NCBI GenBank assembly: GCA_964654025.1
Contig: CAZZIF010000002.1
Span: 883-64,882, forward strand
Origin: an uncultured bacterium
Lineage (GTDB): Bacteria > Eisenbacteria > RBG-16-71-46 > CAIMUX01 > WJJG01
Direction: 5' to 3'
Length of the DNA: 64,000 nt
Of this stretch, positions 28,956 through 37,123 are shown in pieces (position 1 is the stretch's first letter; the number at the start of each line of letters is the position of its first letter). The notes under the pieces are model-generated. The model worked only from the letters and a program-made list of their open reading frames with translations. It was not told the DNA's origin and did no database searches. A program made the position numbers and the translations under genes.

Positions 28956-29177
28956 ATGGATATAACAATTGATCGTGAGGAATGTACGTCGTGCGAAGTG
29001 TGTTGGAATGCGTGTCCTGAGGTGTTTCAACAGAACGACGACGACTCGTGGAGCGAGATCGTCGACAAACACCGCATGGATGGTGATCCGAGTCATGGTG
29101 AAGTAAGCGAGGATCTGGCCGATTGCGTTCGGGAGGCGGCCGAAGGCTGTCCGGTAGAGATCATCCATGTGTCCTAG
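28956..29177 (+). CDS. Small 4Fe-4S/3Fe-4S ferredoxin
   Basis: CTSCEVCWNACP...C cluster-binding pattern. GAGGAG RBS. Confidence 0.7.
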   Translation: MDITIDREECTSCEVCWNACPEVFQQNDDDSWSEIVDKHRMDGDPSHGEVSEDLADCVREAAEGCPVEIIHVS

Positions 29178-29327
29178 GGCACGGGTTCCAATGCACGGGT
29201 TCCAATGCACGGGTTCCAATGCACGGGTTCCAAAGTACGGCGTCGAGGAGGGGTATCGCAGGGTGCATGTCGGCCGACATGGGCTCCGTTCCCGATTCGA
29301 CATCCGTACATCTAGAGGGAGAAGGGG

Positions 29328-29714
29328 ATGACAGAATACCACGAGCCGTTTGATGTTCTGCCCGAAGGTGTGCGGAACATCCACCGGGCCCTGCGGAGCT
29401 TGATCGAAGAGGTGGAGGCCATCGACTGGTATCACCAGCGGGTCGCCGTCACGCAGGATGCGGCCCTGCGGGCGGTCTTGGCTCACAATCGCGACGAAGA
29501 GATCGAACATGCCTGCATGGCGCTGGAATGGCTGCGCCGGAACATGGATGGATGGGATGGAGAGTTGCGTGAGTATCTTTTCACCGACAAGGACATCGTC
29601 GCGACCGAGAGTGCCGGTGACGGCGGTCATGATGGTGAGAGCGCCGAAGCGGCCGATGACGACCGAGCCTCGCAGGATCTAGGCATTGGTGGCCATAGGA
29701 AGGAGAAGGATTGA
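29328..29714 (+). CDS. Encapsulated ferritin-like protein (EncFtn/Flp cargo) with C-terminal targeting peptide
   Basis: HEPFDVLPEGVRNIHRALRSLIEEVEAIDWYHQR...HNRDEEIEHACMALEWLRR matches the EncFtn metal-binding helices. C-terminal DLGIGGHRKEKD resembles the SLGIGSL cargo-loading motif. Confidence 0.75.
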   Translation: MTEYHEPFDVLPEGVRNIHRALRSLIEEVEAIDWYHQRVAVTQDAALRAVLAHNRDEEIEHACMALEWLRRNMDGWDGELREYLFTDKDIVATESAGDGGHDGESAEAADDDRASQDLGIGGHRKEKD

Positions 29715-30511
29715 TGGATCTGCTGAAACGCGCGCAGGCGCCCGTGACCGAGGAAGCCTGGGAACAGATCGAGGAAGAGACGCGGCGGACGCTCAAGGCC
29801 AACCTGTCCGCCCGGTGGCTCATGGACGTGGAAGGACCGCATGGGCCGGAGTTCGCTGCGCTGAACCTGGGCCGGATGGCTGTGCCGGAAAACCAGTCCA
29901 AGGAGGCCGTCCGTTACGGACTTCGGCAGGTCCAGCCGCTGATCGAGCTGCGGGCATCATTTACCCTCGATCAGTGGGAACTCGACAACGCGTCCCGTGG
30001 GGCGGAGGACGTCGATCTCGACCCCGCGGCCGACGCCGCCCGTGAGATGGCTCACTTCGAAGAACGAGCCATCTATGAAGGCTTACCGGAAGCCGGGATT
30101 ACCAGCCTGCGACAGGCCTCGGTGCATTCGGCGATCAAGCTCGGGGCCGAAGGCCTGAAGTATGCCGAGCCGATCAGCAAAGGGCTGGTGACGCTGCGTC
30201 AGGCGGGCATTGATGGCCCGTATGGTCTGGTGCTCGGGCCGAAGCCCTACGAGCGACTTGCTGCGGTCGGCCGGTCTTGCCCGACGATGCAGCACATCGA
30301 GCACTTGATTGGCGGCCCGCTTCTGCTCAGCCCAGTTCTCAAGGGCGGATTCCTGATATCCATGCGGGGAGGGGATTTCCAGCTGGTTCTGGGGCTGGAC
30401 GCATCACTGGGGTGGGAGTCGCACGAGGGCGGTTCGGTGACGCTGTTCTTGACCGAATCGTTCACCTTCCGGACCCTCGAGCCCCGCGCGGTGGTTCCCT
30501 TCGTGGAGTAG
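29714..30511 (+). CDS. Family 1 encapsulin nanocompartment shell protein (HK97-fold)
   Basis: The ATG overlaps the EncFtn stop (TGATG). MDLLKRAQAPVTEEAWEQIEEE...VEGPHG, LIELRASFTLDQWELDN and ERGGDFQLVLG...LTESFTF align along the full length with the Thermotoga maritima encapsulin (MEFLKR..., LIELRATFTLDLWELDN, ERGGDFKLILG..ITETFTF). Confidence 0.85.
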   Translation: MDLLKRAQAPVTEEAWEQIEEETRRTLKANLSARWLMDVEGPHGPEFAALNLGRMAVPENQSKEAVRYGLRQVQPLIELRASFTLDQWELDNASRGAEDVDLDPAADAAREMAHFEERAIYEGLPEAGITSLRQASVHSAIKLGAEGLKYAEPISKGLVTLRQAGIDGPYGLVLGPKPYERLAAVGRSCPTMQHIEHLIGGPLLLSPVLKGGFLISMRGGDFQLVLGLDASLGWESHEGGSVTLFLTESFTFRTLEPRAVVPFVE

Positions 30512-30599
30512 ACCCGGTCCCATGCCGTGACGTGGTCCGCGCTAGTGTCTGCCAGTTCCCGCTGGTCGCCACCAGTCCCCCCAGTCCCCCCAGTCCCCA

Positions 30600-31562
30600 C
30601 TAGTTCCCACCTGTGGAGGTCATATCGGCATGGATGCGTTCGACGTCCGAGCGCCGGCACAGCTCGGTGCCGGGCGTCATCACCGCTGCTGCGCCCGCTG
30701 CGATGCCGAAGCGGACGGCGGAGGACAGATCGTTGCCGCGGGCCAGCCCCAGAACGATGCCGCCTACCATGCTGTCACCCGCGCCCACCTTGCTCTGGAT
30801 CCGGACGGAAGGCGCCCCCATGCGTTCGGCCGCCCGCTCCGTCACGAGTAGCGCGCCCCCGCGTCCCAAGGAGACGACCACCACCACGGCCCGGGCCTCG
30901 CCGATGAGTTCGCGGGCCGCAGCCTCGATGGCCTTCTCATCGCCGAGCTCACGGCCGGCCAGCGCCTCGAGTTCGGCCAAGTTCGGCTTGATCAGATACG
31001 CGCCCTCCGCCAAGGCTTGACGCAAGGGCTCGCCCTTGGTATCGACCACGAAACGCGATCCCGGCGGCAACCCTTGGCTCAAGCGAGCATAGTAGTCGTC
31101 CGGGACGCCGGGCGGGAGACTCCCGCTGGCCACGACATAGCAGGTTTCATTCTCATCGAGTGCCTTCTTGACCTCGCCCAACGTTCCATCGAGCATCCGG
31201 CTGGCTTCCTCGGCCGAAACATCCGCTCCCGGCATCACCAGGCGATACTGTGAGCCACTGGATTCATCGAGCAGATGGATGTTCTCCCTGGTCGTGGCAT
31301 CGAGGGCCACGCGCCGGTGAGAGAGTCCCGCTCCCTCGAGCAGTTGGGCCAGCCGCGCGGCCGTATCCCCTCCGCCGGCCCAGACCGCACGCGCGGTTCC
31401 ACCAAGCTCGTGTACCACCCGGGCCACGTTGATCCCGCCTCCGCCCGGTTGCCGACGAACCGAATGACAGCGGAGCTTCTTCTCGGGAGTGACGTGGGCC
31501 GCCCGGCAACTGCGGTCCAAACTCGCATTGATCGTGCTCGTGACGATGATGGATCTGGGCAT
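30600..31562 (-). CDS. PfkB-family carbohydrate kinase (1-phosphofructokinase/tagatose-6-P kinase-like)
   Basis: AAGGAG RBS. GGKGINVARV-type N-terminal motif (GGGGINVARVV). C-terminal GAGDSMVGG ATP-binding motif. Confidence 0.8.
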   Translation of the reverse strand: MPRSIIVTSTINASLDRSCRAAHVTPEKKLRCHSVRRQPGGGGINVARVVHELGGTARAVWAGGGDTAARLAQLLEGAGLSHRRVALDATTRENIHLLDESSGSQYRLVMPGADVSAEEASRMLDGTLGEVKKALDENETCYVVASGSLPPGVPDDYYARLSQGLPPGSRFVVDTKGEPLRQALAEGAYLIKPNLAELEALAGRELGDEKAIEAAARELIGEARAVVVVVSLGRGGALLVTERAAERMGAPSVRIQSKVGAGDSMVGGIVLGLARGNDLSSAVRFGIAAGAAAVMTPGTELCRRSDVERIHADMTSTGGN

Positions 31563-31851
31563 CGCATTCTCCTTTCAGCGCGACAGTAGCGGGGCCGATG
31601 ACTGGGAGCCGTCGGGCAGTGGCAGGAGGAGGCGCCCGGGAAGGTGCCGGTCTGTGGGGGCGGGGTGGCCCCTAGCCGGCTCGGGGCCACCGTATGGGGA
31701 ATGGCCCCATGGAGATGACCGGGCTTGCCCCAACTGCTTCTCGTCCATCATCGCAAGCATTCGTCGCATCTCCTGTTTACAATCTTATTGAAACAATCAA
31801 AATGGAATCTCCGATATCGATTCCGGAGCCCGCGTCTTTCGGAGCCCCTAC

Positions 31852-33429
31852 ATGTATGACGACATTGGCGAACACCTCAAGCCCGCCGTCCTTTTGATCT
31901 CTGACAGGAGCCGAGCGAGCCGACCGGTCCACTCCGTGCTGGAGCATCGAGGAATCAATATCCACGAGTGCCGGTCCATGCAGGAACTCGTCGAACGGAT
32001 GGCCAGCGGTAGCGGTCCGGTGGTTCTATCGGTGCCCGAACTCAATGCCGAGGACGCCGAGCTTCTTCTCAAGGAGCTGCGATCACAGCCCTACTGGTCG
32101 GACGTTCCCGTGATCTTGCTAGAGTCGGGGGCGACTTCGGTCGTGCCGGAAGAACTACGGAGGCAGCGGGGCACCACATTCCTGAAGCAGCCGATCGAGG
32201 ACGAGGTTCTCACCGGGGTCGTGCAGACCGCGATCGAAACCCGTCTCCGCCAGCTTCAGGTCCGAGATTTGCTGCTTCATCTCGAAGACCTCCATCAGAA
32301 GGCCGCGGTCAGGGCTCGTCATCTCCAGCATCTCTCGATGAAGCTCGCCACGGCTGAACATGACGAGCGCACGCGCATTGCCGGGGTCATCCACGACGAG
32401 TTCCAGCAGCTCCTGGTCGCAGCCCGCATGCGATTGGGGAGCCTTCAGGGGATTCAGGATGGTGGCGGCATGGCCGAGATGGCCGAAGCTTGCCGCGAGG
32501 TCGACGAGCTCTTGCGGGAAGCGATTCAGTCGGCACGTGGCTTGACACGCCAGCTGTCGCCGCCCGTACTGCGTCATGGAGGTTTGAGGGCGGCACTGAG
32601 CTGGTTGATCCAGACGTCGCGGGACCGCCACGATCTTCGCATCGACGCCGAGATCGCCCCGGCGGCGGATGAACTCGACCGGTCGATTCAACTGTTCATG
32701 TTCGAAGCCGCGCGTGAGTTGATCTTCAACGTCGTCAAGCACGCCAATACGCTCCGGGCGAGTCTCGACCTCAAGGTGACCTGTGAGAATGCCCTCCTAT
32801 CGGTCAAGGATGATGGGAGCGGATTCGATCCGAGCATCGTCGGGAACGACGCGGAGGCGCCGCAGGGATTGGGTTTGTTCGGCATTTCCGAGCGCGCGGC
32901 GCTGCTGGGAGGAAACCTGCACGTCCAATCGCATCCTGGAGGTGGGTGCGAAGTCGACCTTGCGATCCCGTTGGCCGTGCAGCCCAAGGTGAGCAAGGGG
33001 ACCTTTGCGACAGCCATCGATCCGGAGTTCGACCCAGGTCAGGAAGATGATTCCAGCGCGGTCGATGGTCGCAAGCGGGTCCTCGTCGTCGATGATCACC
33101 GGATCGTCAGACAGGGCATTGCTTCGATGCTTGCCCACCACGAGGACATCTTGGTCATTGGTGAGGCGTCGGACGGGCAGGAAGCCCTCGAGAAGGCGCG
33201 CGCCCTCAAACCTGATGTCATCCTCATGGACGTATCCATGCCGGGAATGAACGGGATCGACGCCACCCGCGCCATCCGCAACGAGATGGACGAGATTGAC
33301 ATCATCGGCCTGTCCATGTTCGAGATGGAGGAAATCGGACAGCAGATGCTGGATGCGGGCGCGCGATGTTATCTACCGAAGAGCGGTCCCGCGCAGGCGT
33401 TGCTCGAGGAAATCCGCTTTGCACGCTAG
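31852..33429 (+). CDS. Hybrid sensor histidine kinase: N-terminal (pseudo)receiver, HisKA_3 dimerisation/phosphoacceptor, HATPase_c, C-terminal REC domain; no membrane or obvious sensor domain
   Basis: HDERTRIAGVIHDEFQQLL (HisKA_3 H-box, NarX/DosS type). GLGLFGISERAALLGGNL (G2 box). C-terminal RVLVVDDHRIVRQGIASML...DVILMDVSMPGMNGI (REC with D-MP motif). AT-rich promoter-like region upstream (31760-31850). Confidence 0.75.
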   Translation: MYDDIGEHLKPAVLLISDRSRASRPVHSVLEHRGINIHECRSMQELVERMASGSGPVVLSVPELNAEDAELLLKELRSQPYWSDVPVILLESGATSVVPEELRRQRGTTFLKQPIEDEVLTGVVQTAIETRLRQLQVRDLLLHLEDLHQKAAVRARHLQHLSMKLATAEHDERTRIAGVIHDEFQQLLVAARMRLGSLQGIQDGGGMAEMAEACREVDELLREAIQSARGLTRQLSPPVLRHGGLRAALSWLIQTSRDRHDLRIDAEIAPAADELDRSIQLFMFEAARELIFNVVKHANTLRASLDLKVTCENALLSVKDDGSGFDPSIVGNDAEAPQGLGLFGISERAALLGGNLHVQSHPGGGCEVDLAIPLAVQPKVSKGTFATAIDPEFDPGQEDDSSAVDGRKRVLVVDDHRIVRQGIASMLAHHEDILVIGEASDGQEALEKARALKPDVILMDVSMPGMNGIDATRAIRNEMDEIDIIGLSMFEMEEIGQQMLDAGARCYLPKSGPAQALLEEIRFAR

Positions 33430-33480
33430 AGGAAAGGGCGCCCAAGGGCGCCAAGGGGCGCCGAAGGACTCCAAAGGGCG

Positions 33481-34539
33481 CTAGACGGATGCTTCTTGGC
33501 GCTCATCACGTTGTGCCGAACCGGCGCCGCGCCGGCCCAGCATGTACTTGGCGAGATCGACCACCCGACACACATATCCCCACTCATTGTCGTACCAGGC
33601 GAGGACCTTGACGCTGTGCGAGCCTACCGTCTTGGTGGAAGGGAGGTCCACCAAAGCCGAGTACTCGCTGCCGACGATGTCAGCGGAGACCAGCTCGTCG
33701 CCGGTGGTGCCGAGGACCCCCCGAAGCTTGTCACGGCCCTCTCCCTCGAGAAACACCCGATGAACGGCATCGGTGTCGGTCTCGCGCCTCGTATGCACGA
33801 CAAGATCTACGATGGACCCATCGGCCACCGGCACCCGCATGGCCATCCCATCCATGCGCCCCTCGAGTTGAGGCAGGACATCAGCGATGGCTGTCGCTGC
33901 CCCGGTTGTGGTAGGGATGATCGAAATGGCGGCAGCGCGGCCTCGGCGATGTTTCTTGCTGGGGGAGTCGACCAGCGACTGGGAGTTCGTGTAGGCGTGG
34001 ACCGTCGTCATGAGGCCGCTCTCGATGCCAAAGGCCTCGTCCAAGAGCATGGCGACCGGGGCTAGACAATTGGTTGTGCAGGATCCATTCGAGACGATAT
34101 CGTGTTTCTCGTGATCGTAGATGTCCTCATTGACACCCATGCAAATCGTCGCATCCGGTTTGGGGCTCTTGCCGGGGGCCGTAATGACGACCTTTGTGGC
34201 GCCGGCTTCGAGATGCTGCGCCGCCTCGTCGCGGGTGCGGAAGATGCCGGTAGCTTCCACGACAAACTCCACCTCGAGTTGCGCCCAAGGTAACTCGGTG
34301 GGTTTGGCCTTGTTCAGGTAGGCGATCTTGCGGTCACCCCAATGCAACGTATCGCCCTTCCCATGAATCAGAACTTCAGGGTCAGGATAAATCGAGTCGT
34401 GTTTGCAGAGATAGGCGATTTCTTCAATTCCCGCGATGTCGTTGACGGCCACGACCTCGAGAGACTCTTGCGCCATCATCTGGCGCAGGGTGAGCCGACC
34501 CATGCGACCCATTCCGTTGATGGCAACTCGTGTACTCAC
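33481..34539 (-). CDS. gap: Type I glyceraldehyde-3-phosphate dehydrogenase
   Basis: GTG start at 34539 with an AGGGAGGA RBS 5 nt upstream, giving MSTRVAINGMGRMGR. NAD motif. SCTTNCLAP catalytic Cys. Confidence 0.85.
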   Translation of the reverse strand: MSTRVAINGMGRMGRLTLRQMMAQESLEVVAVNDIAGIEEIAYLCKHDSIYPDPEVLIHGKGDTLHWGDRKIAYLNKAKPTELPWAQLEVEFVVEATGIFRTRDEAAQHLEAGATKVVITAPGKSPKPDATICMGVNEDIYDHEKHDIVSNGSCTTNCLAPVAMLLDEAFGIESGLMTTVHAYTNSQSLVDSPSKKHRRGRAAAISIIPTTTGAATAIADVLPQLEGRMDGMAMRVPVADGSIVDLVVHTRRETDTDAVHRVFLEGEGRDKLRGVLGTTGDELVSADIVGSEYSALVDLPSTKTVGSHSVKVLAWYDNEWGYVCRVVDLAKYMLGRRGAGSAQRDERQEASV

Positions 34540-34877
34540 ATCGTCCTCCCTTGCGATGGATGGCGTACGATTGCGATCCATTCAGCCAATGTCTTGGGAC
34601 CGTAGATACCGATGGGCTCACGTTCCATCGGGCGATCGGTCGCACGCGCTTGGAGGCAATGGCCCTTGGGCGACTGGGGATGTTTCCGAGAGTCCGCCTG
34701 GAACAGGCACGATGGGGTGGTCTCCCCACGACGCATTGGCGGAAGAACCCACGCCGCAACGGCAGTCGACCGGGTGGGGTGGCGACGCGTCGGGTGATAA
34801 ACAGATTCTAGACAATCGTTGGCGGCCACGGACAACGAACGATGGAGAAGCAAATCCGCCCACCTGGAGGTTGACCA

Positions 34878-36068
34878 ATGACCATCATGGATCCAATTCC
34901 GGACCGAGAGGGTGTTCTCGATCTATTGCGCGACTCGGGCTGGCCGCGCCTGTCGATCTACATGCCGACCGGCCGACCCGGGTCGGAAGCGCAGAAGAAC
35001 CAGATTCGGTTCAAGAACCGCATCCAGGAGGCCGCTGGCGGCCTCATTGCCGGCGGCATGAGAACTCGCCAAGTCCAAGACTTCCTGGCGCCGATCCGCG
35101 CCATGATCGACGATCAGCGATTCTGGCGGTATCAGGCCGACGGTCTGTGCATGTTTCAAAGCCCGAACTCACTGCGCTACTTCCGTCTGCCGCGAAGAGT
35201 GCCCGAGTTGACCGTGGTTTCGAAGAGCTACCACATCAAGCCTCTCCTCCCGCTCTGGAGCGATCAGATGCGTTGCTACCTCCTGTCGGTGGACCTTCGC
35301 GAGGTCGATCTGTTCGAGGTCGATGCTCTTGGATTGCGGCAGGTCCAATCGAACGACGATCTGCCCGAGGGCATCGAGGAGTTCCGACCCGATGAAGGCG
35401 ACAATGGGGGCCTGCAATGGCACACCGGAGGGGAGGGTGAGCGTGCCACGGCGGGCACGCCCGGCGAAACCGGCCCCATCTACCATGGTCATGGTCGCGG
35501 CAAGGATGCCTCACTCGAGAAGGAACGCATCTTGGCCTACCTGCGAGAGGTCGAAGACGTGGTCACCCGGCGGGTGGCCGGCTCCGAGGTCCCGCTCATT
35601 CTAGCGGGCGTGGAGTATCTTCTCCCTCTATATCGAGAGGCGAATCACTATCCGCACGTGCTGCCGGCGGATCTGCCGGTCAATACCCGCGAGATGAGCG
35701 AGGACGATCTTCATCAGGAAGTCTTGAGGCTCATGCAACCACTTCAAGAGCAGCGGCGTGATGAGCTCCTCGAGCGCTACCGGACGATGCGACCACGGCA
35801 GCGAACCTCTCGTGGCATCAAGGATGTCCTGGTGGCCGCCACAGCCGGCAGGGTGGATACGCTCTGGGCTCAGGGAGAGGCCTACTGCTGGGGACGATAC
35901 GATCCCGCGACCACCCAGGTAGACATCCACGCACGTCAGCATCCATACGATGAGGACCTGGTCAACACGGCGGCGGTTGAGGCGCTCAAGACCCAGGCGC
36001 AGGTGCTATTGGCCGAACCGGAGCAGATGCCGGAAGAGGGCAAGGTGGCAGCTCTGCTGCGCTATTAG
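34878..36068 (+). CDS. Bacterial archaeo-eukaryotic release-factor-like (baeRF/Rv2629-like) family protein, putative
   Basis: N-terminal LDLLRDSGWPRLSIYMPT, then LCMFQSPNSLRYFRLP and CYLLSVDLREVDLFEV. These resemble the conserved N-terminal blocks of eRF1-like bacterial families (M. tuberculosis Rv2629 type). The call rests on pattern recognition only. Confidence 0.45.
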   Translation: MTIMDPIPDREGVLDLLRDSGWPRLSIYMPTGRPGSEAQKNQIRFKNRIQEAAGGLIAGGMRTRQVQDFLAPIRAMIDDQRFWRYQADGLCMFQSPNSLRYFRLPRRVPELTVVSKSYHIKPLLPLWSDQMRCYLLSVDLREVDLFEVDALGLRQVQSNDDLPEGIEEFRPDEGDNGGLQWHTGGEGERATAGTPGETGPIYHGHGRGKDASLEKERILAYLREVEDVVTRRVAGSEVPLILAGVEYLLPLYREANHYPHVLPADLPVNTREMSEDDLHQEVLRLMQPLQEQRRDELLERYRTMRPRQRTSRGIKDVLVAATAGRVDTLWAQGEAYCWGRYDPATTQVDIHARQHPYDEDLVNTAAVEALKTQAQVLLAEPEQMPEEGKVAALLRY

Positions 36069-36127
36069 CTCCGCTATTAGCTGCGCTACCAGCCGCGCTA
36101 CTCGCTGCCCACTAACTGTTCCGCCGG

Positions 36128-36439
36128 CTACTCCCAAGGCGCGGTGCGCTGCCGCGTCGCACCACGCAAGTGGGTGCGAAGCACGTTCTCTTCCCGAGGA
36201 TCGCCGACCACATGGAAGAGCTGGTCGGCGACATGGATGTCGGCTACGATCGTGCGCGTCGTATCCTTCGCCGGCGGCGATCGAAAGAGAATGCGTACCG
36301 GAGCCGAGGCGAGCGCGTCGGCTTCCAGCGAAGCCGACATCTCTTCATTGACGGGCAATCCGTCCGCGTCCACGACATCGAATCCCACTGTGCGTACCGA
36401 GTTCAGCAGCTCGATGAACTCCATGTTGGTTTCGGTCAT
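36128..36439 (-). CDS. Hypothetical small protein (103 aa)
   Basis: AAGGGGGA RBS 4-5 nt upstream of the ATG at 36439. No recognisable family. Confidence 0.35.
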   Translation of the reverse strand: MTETNMEFIELLNSVRTVGFDVVDADGLPVNEEMSASLEADALASAPVRILFRSPPAKDTTRTIVADIHVADQLFHVVGDPREENVLRTHLRGATRQRTAPWE

Positions 36440-36467
36440 CTAGTCCCCCTTCGAGTGCTGGATGGTG

Positions 36468-36836
36468 CTATGCGAGCCCCTCTAAGACCCATTGACGGGC
36501 GGCTTGCTTCTCGTCCATGTCATACCGTCGGCTTTCCGTGCCCGCCAGTGGCTGGACGAGCTGCGAAAGGTCTGGAAGCCAGTTCTGTTCGCTGACGACG
36601 GCGAGCCGCTCGATTTCACCGTAGTGGCGCAGCTCCAGTTTGAGTTCCTCCCAGAAGGCGCTGGCGGACCAGCCTTGGAAGTCATGCAGTTCCAACAAGA
36701 CACGGATGCGACCGTATCGCTTCACGAGGCGGCTGATCTGCGCTGCCAGGTGATCCAGGTCGGGCTTGGCGAGCTTTCCGTAGACGTGGATGCGCAGGAC
36801 CCGTCCGTGATTGAGTTCCTTCATCCAGAGGCTCAT
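36468..36836 (-). CDS. STAS/SpoIIAA-like domain protein
   Basis: GGGAGGG RBS before the ATG at 36836. LRIHVYGKLAKPDLDHLAAQISRLVKRYGRIRVLLELHDFQGW follows the STAS_2 (SpoIIAA-like) pattern. Confidence 0.5.
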   Translation of the reverse strand: MSLWMKELNHGRVLRIHVYGKLAKPDLDHLAAQISRLVKRYGRIRVLLELHDFQGWSASAFWEELKLELRHYGEIERLAVVSEQNWLPDLSQLVQPLAGTESRRYDMDEKQAARQWVLEGLA

Positions 36837-37054
36837 GGGTGTTCCCTCCCTCTCTTGCCGTGACGCACCTTGTCCCATCCGGGTGGGCACAGTCCCAAAG
36901 GCGAGGTCAGTCTAGAACGGCGGAGGAAGAGGGCAAATGGGAGCTGTTCTGAGGGCAGCGTGGGAGGGCTCCCGATATTCCGCGCCAGAGTGTGCTTCGT
37001 AGGCTGTGCATGAAGTTCAGGCCGCATGTGCATCGCCCTCCGATGCAACACGAT

Positions 37055-37110
37055 GGCCCCATGACGGTGGCCCGATGATGACGGCCCCATCACGATGGCT
37101 CCATGAAAGC
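37055..37110. repeat. ~15-bp degenerate tandem repeat (GATGGCCCCATSACG) x3 immediately upstream of ppsA
   Basis: Direct reading. Confidence 0.6.
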
Positions 37111-37123
37111 ACACGGAGCAGAT

